A stretch of DNA of 64,000 bases. Source: Tubiluchus corallicola (lineage: Eukaryota; Animalia; Priapulida). Both the position numbers and the translations under genes were made by a program. Of the stretch, positions 52,441-64,000 are shown in pieces. Every line of letters begins with the position of its first letter. Position 1 is the first letter of the stretch. The stretch covers positions 620,001-684,000 of the forward strand of contig JAQGDQ010000077.1 in the NCBI GenBank assembly GCA_030141605.1, in the 5' to 3' direction. The notes under the pieces were generated by a model that was not told the DNA's origin, did no database searches, and was given only the letters and a program-made list of their open reading frames with translations.

Positions 52441-53829
52441 GCAAAGTAACAATATTTATCCACACACGTAATCGTCGAAATCAACATTTAATACTTGATA
52501 ATTCTACATAATTTTATGGTATAATTTGTGTAAAAATGTACATGTTATAAATGTATATAATGTAAACTTAAAATGATTTGTTTTAGCATCTCAGCGTAGT
52601 ATATAACGCGCATCCTCTGCTTCGTATGATGCCATTCAGTAAATTCAAGTAACGCTGAGGTGCTGAATTAATACTCGCCAAGTAACTCGCAAGCATGTTC
52701 AGTCTAGAGAACAAAACTTGCTGCGAGCTGCTCTTTGATATTAAGGGGGAAGTGACACCCAGTTTTCTATTCACTGCAAGTAACTCGCCAAGTTACTCAC
52801 CAGGGGCGTTCACACTAATCAGTAACTAGCAGGAAATCAACTCACAACAATTGTCGAAAGAGTTTGCAATAACTAGCCGACAGTAACTCGGAAAGCAGTT
52901 CGCACTTGCGAGTTTGTTGTCAGAGAGAAAACTTGCGATAGAAAACTCGTTAAATCTTTCAATTAGAACACCATTTACCGTTACTATGATCCGATTTTCA
53001 TAAAAATTTACAATACGAAGTATGTATATTGTGGAGCCACGATATAAAAACGGCTAAAAACTTATGTGAACGAGACTTGCATCACGCAAAACAGATCTTT
53101 TGTAGAACTACTACGTAAGCGAATCCCAAAAAATTACGTGTGTAACAACACGCACACACCCTCTGTTAAGATGCAATGCCTTTGCTAATACGTAGGTAAC
53201 TACATTTCTTTGTTTTGCGCAGCAACAATGTATAGGATAAATTACATTATTAATGCTTATTAAATTACAGAACCTAAACAGGTTTTACAAACATTTGAAT
53301 TTCGTAGCAAAATTACTCCCGAAAAATCAATTGTTAGAAATCACCTGTTTGGTCACCATAATTTTTAAACAATACAATTTATCGCTTGCAACATTACTAA
53401 AGAAACAGATGTATTCACTCCATTTTAGCTGTAACATAAATTTGTGATTTCCAGAAGCGACGTCATTTGGTTAGATTGCGTAAGTTTTAAAGCTCATGCA
53501 AAGCGAAACATTAATAAGACGAAAAACTTCCCGTAATAAAATCATCATAGTAAGTGAGGTCAACCACCGCAGGTTGATCGTGTGCTCGGTGATGAAAAAT
53601 TTAATGTAAACTTGGGCTGTTCTCATCTTGCGTATGAGGCAAACATAAATATCAAGAAAAATTATAATAAATAGCACTAATATAGTATTAATAATTTATA
53701 ATTTAAGTCCGTTAAGCCAAGTTACCCTATGCACTGCTTGTAAAACTTCAAGTAATATACTTTGACAACTAATATATTCGGTGATATTCGGTGCATATAT
53801 ATATATATATATATAATATATTCGCTGTT

Positions 53830-54027
53830 ATATTCGGTACATTTCTACTAGTCCTTGTGGCAGTGAAATGAACCAGCTTAAACCAAGATTATATAAAATA
53901 TTTTAATTGCCATTTCTCGATTGACAAAAGGTATGACGGTCACACCGCAAACCGTTTCATTTCTTCATATTTATACATATATACATCTACAAATATATAT
54001 ACATATGTATATCTATCTATATCTATA

Positions 54028-54099
<72 letters not shown>

Positions 54100-54684
54100 A
54101 ATTATATATATAACAACACACCGAATCACGGTACGACCTGAGATGGCCTATACCAAGTTGTGTTAAAATGATCGCCCGCGCCTATATTATTGTCACACTT
54201 TTCCTCTCGTGACGTCACTAGAAGCAAATATGCACACTTATACATCATTCTGCAGACAGCTCAATTTCCCATGTACATGGCTTGTCTTGTTTTACAGTCA
54301 GCCTTATTAGCAATCTTGTCCGATTATGATGTTTGTTTAGTCTGTAATGAATGCCATGAAACTGCGGAAAGCTGGCATGTCTTGGCTACCTGCTTGGCTG
54401 CTGATTTGATTTTCTAGCTACTGGCATTTCTGTTTCTCTGTTCTCAGCTAAGACTTTTGTAAAAAGCAAACTAGGCAGCAAAATAGTTATGACGTCAAAA
54501 ATGCGGTTTCCCTGACATCATCAAATCGATAAATTTCAACAGATTCACTGTGATATTCGGTACATTTCTACTAGTCCTTGTGGCAGTGAAATGAACCAGC
54601 TTAAACCAAGATTATATAAAATATTTTAGTTGCCATTCTTCGATTGACAAAAGGTATGACGGTCACACCGTGGAAACCGTTTCA
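53830..54684. repeat. ~130-bp near-identical direct repeat (53830-53959 and 54553-54684) enclosing a compound (TATC)/(TC)/(TA) microsatellite
   Basis: ATATTCGGTACATTTCTACTAGTCCTTGTGGCAGTGAAATGAACCAGC...GGTATGACGGTCACACCG..AAACCGTTTCA is present twice. Confidence 0.92.
54117..54562. mobile_element. MITE-like element next to a (TA)n tract
   Basis: Left end ACACCGAATCACGGT and right end ACTGTGATATTCGGTAC are imperfect inverted repeats. Further copies of the ATATTCGGT end motif occur at 53774-53838. Confidence 0.5.
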
Positions 54685-54926
54685 ATTCTTTCAGCAAGTT
54701 GTAACATGACGGCTGAAACTTTTTTCTATTTCAAGATCAATGCTATGTATTCAAAAAGTTTTAATAAAATTTATAGCCTGGACCGCTTTACAGAAAAATG
54801 GGAAAAATCTTACAACCACTGCCCGAAACAAGCTTGTCCTTTAGTTTTTGTAGTTTGAGGAGCTTTTCTTAGAAAAAAACAACATAAAAACATCCGTTTA
54901 AGCGTAGCGGATACTGCATCTTCTGT

Positions 54927-55260
54927 AATGATAATGACAATGATAACGATGTCAGTGACAGTGACAGTGACAAATAATGATAAAGATAATAATAAGATAA
55001 TGATAATGATAATGGTATTGGTAATGATAATGATAATGATAATGACAATGACAATGACAATGACAATGACAATGGCAATGGCAATGACAATGACAATGAC
55101 AATGACAATGATAATGATAATGATAATGATAATGGTAATGGTAACGATAATGATAATGATATGATGATAATTATTATGATTATGATAATGGAAACGAAAT
55201 AATAATAACGATGTTAATACTACTGATAATGACAATGCCAATAAATAATAATGACAATGG
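54927..55260. repeat. Compound hexanucleotide repeat (ATGATA / ATGACA / ATGGCA)n
   Basis: Read directly. Confidence 0.92.
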
Positions 55261-57660
55261 CAACCATACCGATAGCAATAACAACGCATGAAAGTGGAAA
55301 TTACTTGCTGTATGAATTATTTTAATGTGGAAATTATTTTAAATTGGAATAATTTAACTTTTTACTTTAACTGAGAACGATAGTTGCACTATCGGAACTT
55401 TTCCTCTTGTCATGTATCTATACTATGTCGTATTTGATCTTATATTGATTTTTATTGGTAACTAAAGCTCTGTGAGGTGAAAACGAATGTAACGTGTATT
55501 TTTTATGTTTCCGCGATATTTTTTTTAAATACACACATTTCTGTCGAATGTGCCACATCTTCATGCATCATACACCACGCAGCAGACTGAAATCAAGGTT
55601 TTCCTTAGTATTCTTTTGAAGTAACTACACGTCCTTCCTCTTCTGTGTTGTCTATGCAGGAGAGTGTGCATCAGAACTGTGAACAAAGTTTAAAGGCCGT
55701 CACTAGATTACATTGTTAGCAGCTTCAATTTCGCCTGTATGTTACTCTGGCCAATTAGATGATTAGCTACTAAGTTGATTAGGATACCGCAAATGCTGAG
55801 ATTATAAGAAATGAATGAGTTTGGAAGGATCTGCTGCTACTCAAGTGGACTACTGTAGTCCACGCACAGAGTACAGACTTTGCATTCCCAAGTTGCACGT
55901 TTTTTTTACATTTTGAAAATGAGATTTGTCGTAGCACAAGGACCGAGGAACTAAAGCACTGGGTTCATTGGTGACTTAGATAAGCTACTCGTCCTTGGCC
56001 TCAAAGACCTTCGATCTCTCGGTTAGGGTCATGCAGTGGCTTTTGGGCGCCTTTCTATTTGTAATTTCTCCTTGGCAGAATAGGATTTTGATAAGAGCAT
56101 AAGGTTAGTTGGGCCAGGGTAAATAGGAAAAGAATGGTTTGTATATTGTTGACTGCTATAGTGTAGTGATGTCTACATAGATGGACTGTGTGTTTAAAAA
56201 ACAAAAAACAAAAATGGTTTATAAATTATTGGTGGGACCAGATCAGTAAGGAGCTTTAAAATGTTGGTTTTACTTATGGAAAACGGTGGGAATCATATTT
56301 CAAAACGCAAAAGTTTATTTATCATTTTCACCTGAGAATACCTAGTCAAGATATGTGAGTTCCTTGATCTAGTTCGGAGAAACTTCAAACTTTAAAAAAA
56401 TGTTACAACAAGTATTCTTTTTCTTTAAAAAAAACCGTGTTTGTTTGGTCGTTGAAAATCCAGTGACTTCAAAACAACGTAAACGTGGCCAAGCTAAAAA
56501 TGTAACTTGTAACTGAGTGGTCACGGTGTCCGCTTGGCTGCAAAGTTTAACAAAGTTTGATCCGGTTAGTAAACGGAGACAGCTAGGAAAACTGTAGTTT
56601 AGTTTCGTTTGCCGTACAGTTTCCAGCTATTTCTCCCATTTAGACAGATTTGTATACTCATCCTAACATACCTCTCCTAGTTTAATATAACACCACAAAA
56701 GATTATCTTTGAAAATAAGATAGGTATGTTCCTGCCACAACCATCTACGTTAAGTAGGCTCTGCCCCTGATAGCTTAACAGAGTCTTGCAGAGAATCAAA
56801 CAGTCTAATAAACAATCAAATAAAAATGCCACAGCGACCTGGTGTACCGGCTCTTACTTCTCCAGCAACGTCGTATCCGTTTCCATTTCATAACACAATT
56901 CACTGCGCTTAATGGCTGCAAATATTAGTAAGTAAAACATTAGCAATGCATTCCATGTAATAACATGTTTTATGATCCTGTCGTCTGTTCAGAAAATTTA
57001 TAGGAAACCATAATTATCATAACACGGAGTGTATGCGGAATAGGTACAGCTGTAGTTAGGTAAAGACTGAGAAGTATCAACTTTCATATCACGTTCTTAC
57101 GGGACATCATTTGTATGTGCAAACAGCCCACTTTGGCTTCCTAGCTGATTGCATGTCAATAGAAATTTTGTGTACTTTGTCGTCCACAAGATTGTTTACC
57201 ATTTATGGCTGCACAAACTTCCGATATGCTCGTTTGCATCAGTATCTCAAAGCCGCTTTTTAGGCGTTTAAAGCAAGTGGCGTCATTTTTGTTAAAATGA
57301 CTTTTTTGAATGCCGTTACGAGCCCCATGTTACCTTCAATAACGAAGATTATCGTTTTAACTTAATTTTTTCACCTCATTTATATTGGAGAAAAAAGCCA
57401 CAACTTTTCGCGCTATTTACATTTGATGGTACAGAAAATGTATTTTTTTAATCTGAAATGTTACTTGCCATGGAATGTGAAAGAGTTTAGAAATTCCCAA
57501 CGCTGTACAAAATTGCAAATAATTTTTAGGGTTCTGCGCAACGTTTTGGCTTTCCTTTTTGAGCAGCATCAAAATCTATGGTTTTGCGATGTTAATAATA
57601 TTGAAAACCATTATGAAATCCAAAAGAAATGTCACGAAAATGTGGCCTGTAAATAAGTAA

Positions 57661-59843
57661 AAAAAACGTTTTATATCATCATTTATTAAACTTAGTATAT
57701 TTGTGTCCGCCTCATTAGTTAGAGCCATCTCGTGTAGATGACAAATAATTAACTAATTAAATTAATTGTTTTCTAGTAATTTACGCGGGATTTAGTTGAA
57801 CATGTAAGCCAAATTGGCGAAAGTTTTTAATACATGTATGTGCGCGATGAGATCATGAAATTCATTATGGCCTTCTACTACTGTAAATGTAGCGGTAGTT
57901 TTTTTAGACAAAATATAAAACAACCAATAGAAAACACCCACGCACGAACCGCGCAGTGAACATCATACTATTGCCACATTAAATAAACAAATAAATGACA
58001 ACTAGCAGCCAAGAGCCATAAAGTCTGTTATTGGCAGGCTAAGGGTTCGGCGCGAACTCGTGACACGTGACCGCTGATGTCACACAAGGAAGCCAGTGCC
58101 TAAGCTCTATGTGTGGGCTAAATAAGCAGCAACAATAAGAACAAGTTGTTAGTGTTAACATCGGTGCTGGTTTTGAGAAGAGAATACCTTTCAAGGGAGC
58201 TGAAGAGAAGGGAAAAAGAAAGAGGAATATCGCCTCTAGGGAGCAGCTGCAGGAAAGGAAAAAATGGCAGGAAAATTTCTTGCGCTTGTAGCATTTTTAG
58301 CAATAGCAACACATAGAAGTTATGCGACAGAAAACTCAGATGAAGTAAGTTATAATTATTTTAAAGTTTTCAAAACAGTACTTAACTCTGCAAAAAATGT
58401 TACAAATATGTAGATATTTGTATTAAAGCAATTATACTGAGTACTGAAAAGTCTCGGCAAAAAGAAAGAAATAGCGTATTAAAAAATTAATTCTGCCTTC
58501 TAACTAAATCTAACTTCAAAATTGCCAATTTGCCTAGAGTAATTATTTAGGACCACAGTCAAAGTTTAATTGTAATAATATTGGGAAAGTAGGCTTAGGC
58601 TTAACGCATCTTTCAATTTTTAGTCAATTATCAGGAAAAATTTTCAAGACAGTTTTAAATGTGCACAGAAGTGACTTAATTAATGTTGTTATAGTACTAA
58701 TTGTAAAATTCCTCTGATTCATGCCAAATAAAATAGTTATAATCATGAATATAGTCTGAGCAAATGAAAGCAGATCTATGAGTTTGCAGCCCCAGTGGAT
58801 AAGTTAGCAAAGTTTGCCATCGCGTCACAGAAGTTGTGCCACAACTCGAGTTTGTTACGGAATTTTTTATTTTTGAAAGCTGTAGCAAGGCAAAAAGCGG
58901 AGTTTCAAAAATAATGCGTTTTATGAACCCAATACTTCATAGCACTAAGAAATTTTTCCCCTTTAAATCCCTGTTGGAGTATTTCTGAGCTGCGTCCACG
59001 TTTTGATTCTCTGAAGCTTGGCGACGAATTCCGTGACAACACTCACTGCCAAAAATATCAAATCATACATCAGAGTTAACATAACAATGATTAACGAATC
59101 TTGTCATGTTGTTTCTAACAAACAGATTTAATTAGTATTTGTAACTCAATTAGTTATAAAAATAAAAAAGAAAAGATGAATTTACGCCCGATTCAGTGGC
59201 TCAGCCTTCGGCCTATAGTCTTGATAACAAGCCAGATTCCGGTCTCGCCACAAAATTGCACATTGAATACGCTTGATGTTCTTCGGGTGGTGCCTTTCTG
59301 ACTTGCTACTTTTAGATTGAATTTCAGAATTTCACTTTTTGTTTTCTAAACGGTTTTATTTCTCTGATCAGTTAACTTAAAGCATCCACCAAAGGACCAC
59401 TACGATCTACGACCCTCAAGTTTGCTTGCATGACAAGCTTAAAATATAGAAATATTATTTAGTCGGACGAAGAAAATTGTAGAGTAGTTACAATGTGTGC
59501 CCAGCGACCGAAGTTGAGCAAAATCGAGCTAATAATTCTCTGTCTAACACAAACATGTGGTCGAAAATTAAAGGTCGAGGTAGTTCTCTAGGTCACAAGA
59601 ACGTAGTGATTTTAATAAAAACTTTTTATATCTGCATTTATTAAACTTAGTATATCTGTGTCCGCCTCTTTAGTGAGGGCCCTCTCGTTTAGTTGACAAA
59701 TAAGGAACTAATTAAATTAAATTGTTTTCTAGTACTTTAGTGTCATAAGCCGGATTTTAGTTGAACATGTAAGCGAAATTGTCGAAAAGTTTTTAATACA
59801 TATACATGCGCAGTGCTATCATGAAAATCGTTATGATGTTCTA
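57661..59843. repeat. Two diverged ~210-bp direct copies (57661-57877 and 59617-59843)
   Basis: Shared blocks: ATTTATTAAACTTAGTATAT.TGTGTCCGCCTC, AACTAATTAAATTAA.TTGTTTTCTAGTA, TTTAGTTGAACATGTAAGC, AAGTTTTTAATACAT. Confidence 0.88.
58264..58344 (+). CDS. Probable first coding exon of an unidentified secreted protein (MAGKFLALVAFLAIATHRSYA-TENSDE)
   Basis: AAAATGG start context. 27 codons with basic n-region, hydrophobic h-region and an S-Y-A cleavage-like site, ending at a consensus GTAAGT donor (phase 0). A promoter-like CpG/E-box/CCAAT region lies at ~57920-58085. Confidence 0.6.
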
Positions 59844-62490
59844 TTATTTTGTAAAGATGCCTAAAAGGGTGGCCACCACAAACCTGTCTCTGATTGTTTT
59901 CATCTGCATGTCGACTCTCTGATTTACCTGCTGATGGGGAGACGTGTATGCATCCGAATGCACCTTATCCTAGAATATTATCCTTGAGAATGTGCTAGAT
60001 TCCAGGCTAACCAACTGTCAAGTAAATAGCTGCCGATGCTGACGTGCAGAGCATAAAAAATACTACTTAATAAATTATATACGTAATAGCAACGACAAAG
60101 CTTGATAATTTTAATAAAGATATTATGATGTTTTTCAAAGCGCATCTTATTAAAGCACTAAAGCAGTGATTTTATATTCTTGCTAAGTAAGTAAAGCAAG
60201 ATAATTTACTAAAAAGTAAAGCGACGGAACGTGGTTAATATACACAATAATTTACACGTAGCGACATAATAAAAGCTGAGTACAGTAACATAGTTATTTC
60301 TGTCATCCGTTGGCTGCAATAATGCCTTTACGTCCTACAGTTTTAATATATATAACCGGTTGAACAATATAAAAAATTATAAGCTTGTTTAGAAACTATA
60401 CCATGTGTTGAATTACGTGGCGTTAAAATACAGTCATTTTTTATGAAAACCAATATTTCACATACACCTACTTCAAAAATATTACTGGTATCTTTTTGGG
60501 CGCGACAATTTGATCCAAATGACAGTTTATTGATTTTAAGTACCTGCATTACATCTTTAAAATAACGTAGAGATTTTGTTCTGTAAGTACAAGTATATAA
60601 CGTTTTGCTAGGGGGTACAAAAACACGAGTAATAGTACAGAACAATTTATTACATTTAAGTGTTGCTCATACAATAGCAAATCTATCAAGGCCCTCGGGC
60701 CTTCACTATTTAATATAGAAGCATCGTACATCTCATAATCATACAGTCCGCCATCTTGACAAGTTTGATTGGAGACCCTCCAAACATCTTGCAGGTGTCT
60801 CACAAGTTATGCGCTGAATACTGATCACTGACATGTTATATATCAAATCAGCGTCCACTCTGTCTTTCATGTCAACTCCATTGTGTTTGTTGGGGGTTGA
60901 GACCAGGCGAATTTCCATGACATTCAGTTGAATCGAAAAAATTAATTCCAGAGTTCAGGTTACTGCCCCGATCATATCCCTCAAGGTTTCAGGCTGTGCG
61001 AGACACGTGAAGATTTCACGTTAAATTTTGAGAGCAATTTTGGTAGATTCTGCATTTTAACAGTAATAATACAATAAAATTTTCTAAACTTAGTTCTTTG
61101 CTCATTGCTTTTGTACCCCTTTAGCAAAATGGTTATGTTCAAGCCTAAAAAAATTTAAAAAAATCTTAATGCAAAATGTCAGATTTGTACAAGCATTTAT
61201 CGAATCTCCCAAACGACATTTTGACCAGAAGCATAGTGGAGACCTCCATGACCTCACTATCTCTATAACGGAGGCCTACGTGAGCTGATGATCTCTGTAG
61301 TGAAGTCGCCTTGCATTAGTTGCGTGTGATTTGTCAGAAGGCTTTGCTTCGTTTCTTTTGTCCAAAACGTTTAATGTCCATGGGTGGCCCATGGATAGCA
61401 CTAATGAAAAAGTGTTCTGAGAAATGAGAATGTGATGAGTTGTTACTATAACTCGCTTGAGCCTGACCGAATAGGGTCTCATATTATGTACCAAACGTTT
61501 TGCATTATACCTCAGAGGCCACTGTTAAAACACAGGAGTAGAACTTAGTGGGGAAAACGCTATTGCACTGTTTTGGCTGCTGTGTACCGCCGTACCGGCG
61601 GGCGAACACTGCGTAGCCTACGAGATAAGGGTCTTTCATTTTGAACCTCGACATGGTTTTTATTACCTACCGAAATATAAACGGGGAGGAGGGGGTGGTA
61701 CCTTTTTTCAGAGTTAATTTAGTTATATGAGCAAGATTAGATTCACTTAATATAAAGTCATACACTGTTTTAGGAATCATTAGATGACTTTGCACATCTT
61801 AACAGCTTGGAAATTGTGGTCCGGGTTGACGAGATTTCAAATATCATCTCGTAGTATTATCTTTTAACTTATATATATCACAATTCTAATTTTGGTAGTT
61901 AACACAATTTCAAAACATCGCAACCTGTTGCATGTTTATGTCACAAAAATCATATAAATTGATCATTCCTGTAGCTTCATCAGGAAAATTAAAAATCCTA
62001 CACTTTCAAGCGAAAGTTTTCAGTTTCACAATGTAGCTAATCAGCAGTAATTAGAGCAAATGAGCGCCGCGATAAATAAATCATCATTAACATTTATATT
62101 AGCAATACAGTTCTGAAGAGTGTGGGTACAATGTAGTGAATTAGAACATGGGAGGTGGATAGTGTCATGACGTCATATTAATTAGCTTTCGACCGCGGGT
62201 TATAATGTTTTGCCCTTGCAATAATGATCATGAACATTATTATTCATAACAAGTTCAAGTGGAAACGTTTATGTACGATTAAGAGGAAAAGTGAGTTGCT
62301 ATCGAATTTGTTAAACTGCTTTTTGTAACATAAAAGACACTCAGTGAACGAACACAATATTTTACATTGCTCGTTGTTACTAGATCGTTCAAATTTCCGG
62401 AATTTTTGGCGAAATGATTTCAATTTCATTTGATAATATTTTGTGCGCTTTAGGGACTAATTAGGTCAACCAGCAAATATAACTTATTAT

Positions 62491-62852
<362 letters not shown>

Positions 62853-62919
62853 TGCGCAAAAATGGCGGTTGGTTCGCGTATGTCCGTAATGCCTGACTAG
62901 AAATTCTGAATCTCCTCAG

Positions 62920-62985
62920 CAATTCATTTCTGTGTTCTTGGTCAATGGACAGCGTGTCCCATCATTTAGACCCTCATCATGGGAA
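62920..62985 (+). CDS. Candidate second exon of the secreted-protein gene (QFISVFLVNGQRVPSFRPSSWE)
   Basis: Branch-like CTGAC at 62893-62897, acceptor TCTCCTCAG ending 62919, 66 nt open in phase 0, donor GAA|GTGAGT. It is compatible with the 58344 donor, but no homology was recognised. Confidence 0.35.
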
Positions 62986-63319
62986 GTGAGTCCCTAAAAG
63001 AAATGAAAGAAATGAAGATAAAACAATTGTCCAGGTTAATTTTATAATTTGCCACAGTCTGCAAAATAAGAGAAAAGGTTTTATAAAGTTGTGTAGCTAA
63101 CTCAGATTTTCAGAAATGATCATATGAAAAGGGCAAAGGCAGTTGCAAAAGTATGTACATGAATAATTGCCGAAATTGCGGAAATTTTGATTGCTCCTGG
63201 AGCCCTAGAAAAAAGGGCTAATAAATTCACTTTCAAATTCAATCACCACAATCTACAAATAGGTAATTGACACCTAATTAGTATACTATAATACATGTAT
63301 AAGCCTATTACATTATGTA

Positions 63320-63600
63320 TATTCTCACCTTTCTCACCAATCCGCCTGGTAGATTCATCTGTCAGCTGGTGAACCCCTGAGAATCGTCTCCACTCTTATC
63401 TGTCATCGCATCTGCTGTTTCTTTCCACTTCCTCTCTAGATGTTCCTCTTTTGATTTTTTCTTGGTTCACCATGCGTTTCTTGAGCATAAGAGGTCTTTT
63501 ACGCCAGTGGGTTGCTAGCCCTATCCTGACAACCCTCCCCATTTACCCGGGTTTGGGACCGGCACTGAGTTCAGCTGGATTGCTGCCCCAGGGGCTGGGT
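63320..63600 (-). mobile_element. RTE-related short retroelement / 5' UTR-like fragment
   Basis: CAACCCTCCCCATTTACCCGGGTTTGGGACCGGCAC resembles, in reverse, a conserved untranslated segment of RTE (Rex3/Expander-like) elements and SINEs derived from them. GC-rich relative to its flanks. Family assignment is from memory. Confidence 0.45.
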
Positions 63601-63762
63601 TTGTGTATATCAAAAATTAAATTTTAGGGTGGGCCCTCAGTGGCCCGGTGGGATATGACCATGGGGAAAGGGTTGAGGAGAGGGACGCTGAAAATGTTTT
63701 CCCTAGGGTGTCAAGTGACATGGAACCGGACCTAGTGCTAAAAAGCTAAACAGGAAAAACCA

Positions 63763-63975
63763 GGCGGTAGAGTGAAATATACTTTCCATCTGGGAGGTCG
63801 TGAGTTCGATACCGAAGCCAAGTCATACCAAAGATTTTAAAAATGGTACTTGCTGTTTCCTTGTCTGGTGTGGTACATGGTGAATAATAACTGTTTGTTT
63901 TACAATCGGCGATAAAAACCTCGAGGCAGGCTTGATTGCATTATCTGTTGAATTTAAGGTCGACTTTAAATAAAG
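63763..63975 (+). mobile_element. tRNA-derived SINE, degenerate
   Basis: A-box remnant GCGGTAGAGTG and B-box GAGTTCGATACC (63802-63813). These are followed by GTCATACCAAAGATTTTAAAAATGGTACTTGCTG, a body sequence I recognise from tRNA-SINEs of aquatic animals. No full cloverleaf. Confidence 0.6.
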
Positions 63976-64000
63976 GTTCTTTTTTTAAATAAAGTTAACA

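Noticed and set aside
54810-55289. 159-aa Ile/Val-rich ORF and overlapping Met-repeat ORFs
   Set aside because: Hexanucleotide repeat artefacts.
55600-56200. Possible CR1-like LINE remnant on the minus strand
   Set aside because: Only a vague peptide resemblance; too degraded to call.
63763-63830. Possible tRNA gene (B-box GTTCGA)
   Set aside because: No acceptor stem or full cloverleaf; it continues into a SINE-like body.

Overview
AT-rich genomic DNA from an animal (probably an invertebrate; the taxon cannot be fixed from sequence alone). The genes are intron-rich, so most entries in the ORF track are exon fragments or artefacts. Four spliced genes could be rebuilt by hand with consistent reading frame and intron phase. 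(1) A ClC-3/4/5-type Cl-/H+ exchanger on the + strand, with 17 shared exons (8901-23160) and two candidate alternative first coding exons (6269-6422 and 8119-8581). (2) A cytosolic sulfotransferase-fold gene (+, 25827-28396, ~293 aa) with degenerate PAPS-binding motifs and a shortened cap region, possibly a pseudo-enzyme. (3) SDF4/Cab45, a CREC-family EF-hand protein (-, 35102-30012, ~423 aa, ending HDEF). (4) ZMYND12 (+, 35450-44505, ~391 aa), head-to-head with SDF4, whose first intron needs a GC donor. The last ~19 kb is mostly repeats, TE remnants, local duplications and a 52-bp-arm hairpin. It also holds a short signal-peptide exon (58264-58344) of an unrecognised secreted-protein gene that the ORF track misses. 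No CRISPR, rRNA or intact tRNA gene was seen, and I did not find a clearly new multi-gene system. The best leads are the degenerate sulfotransferase, the dual ClC N-termini and the orphan secreted gene.
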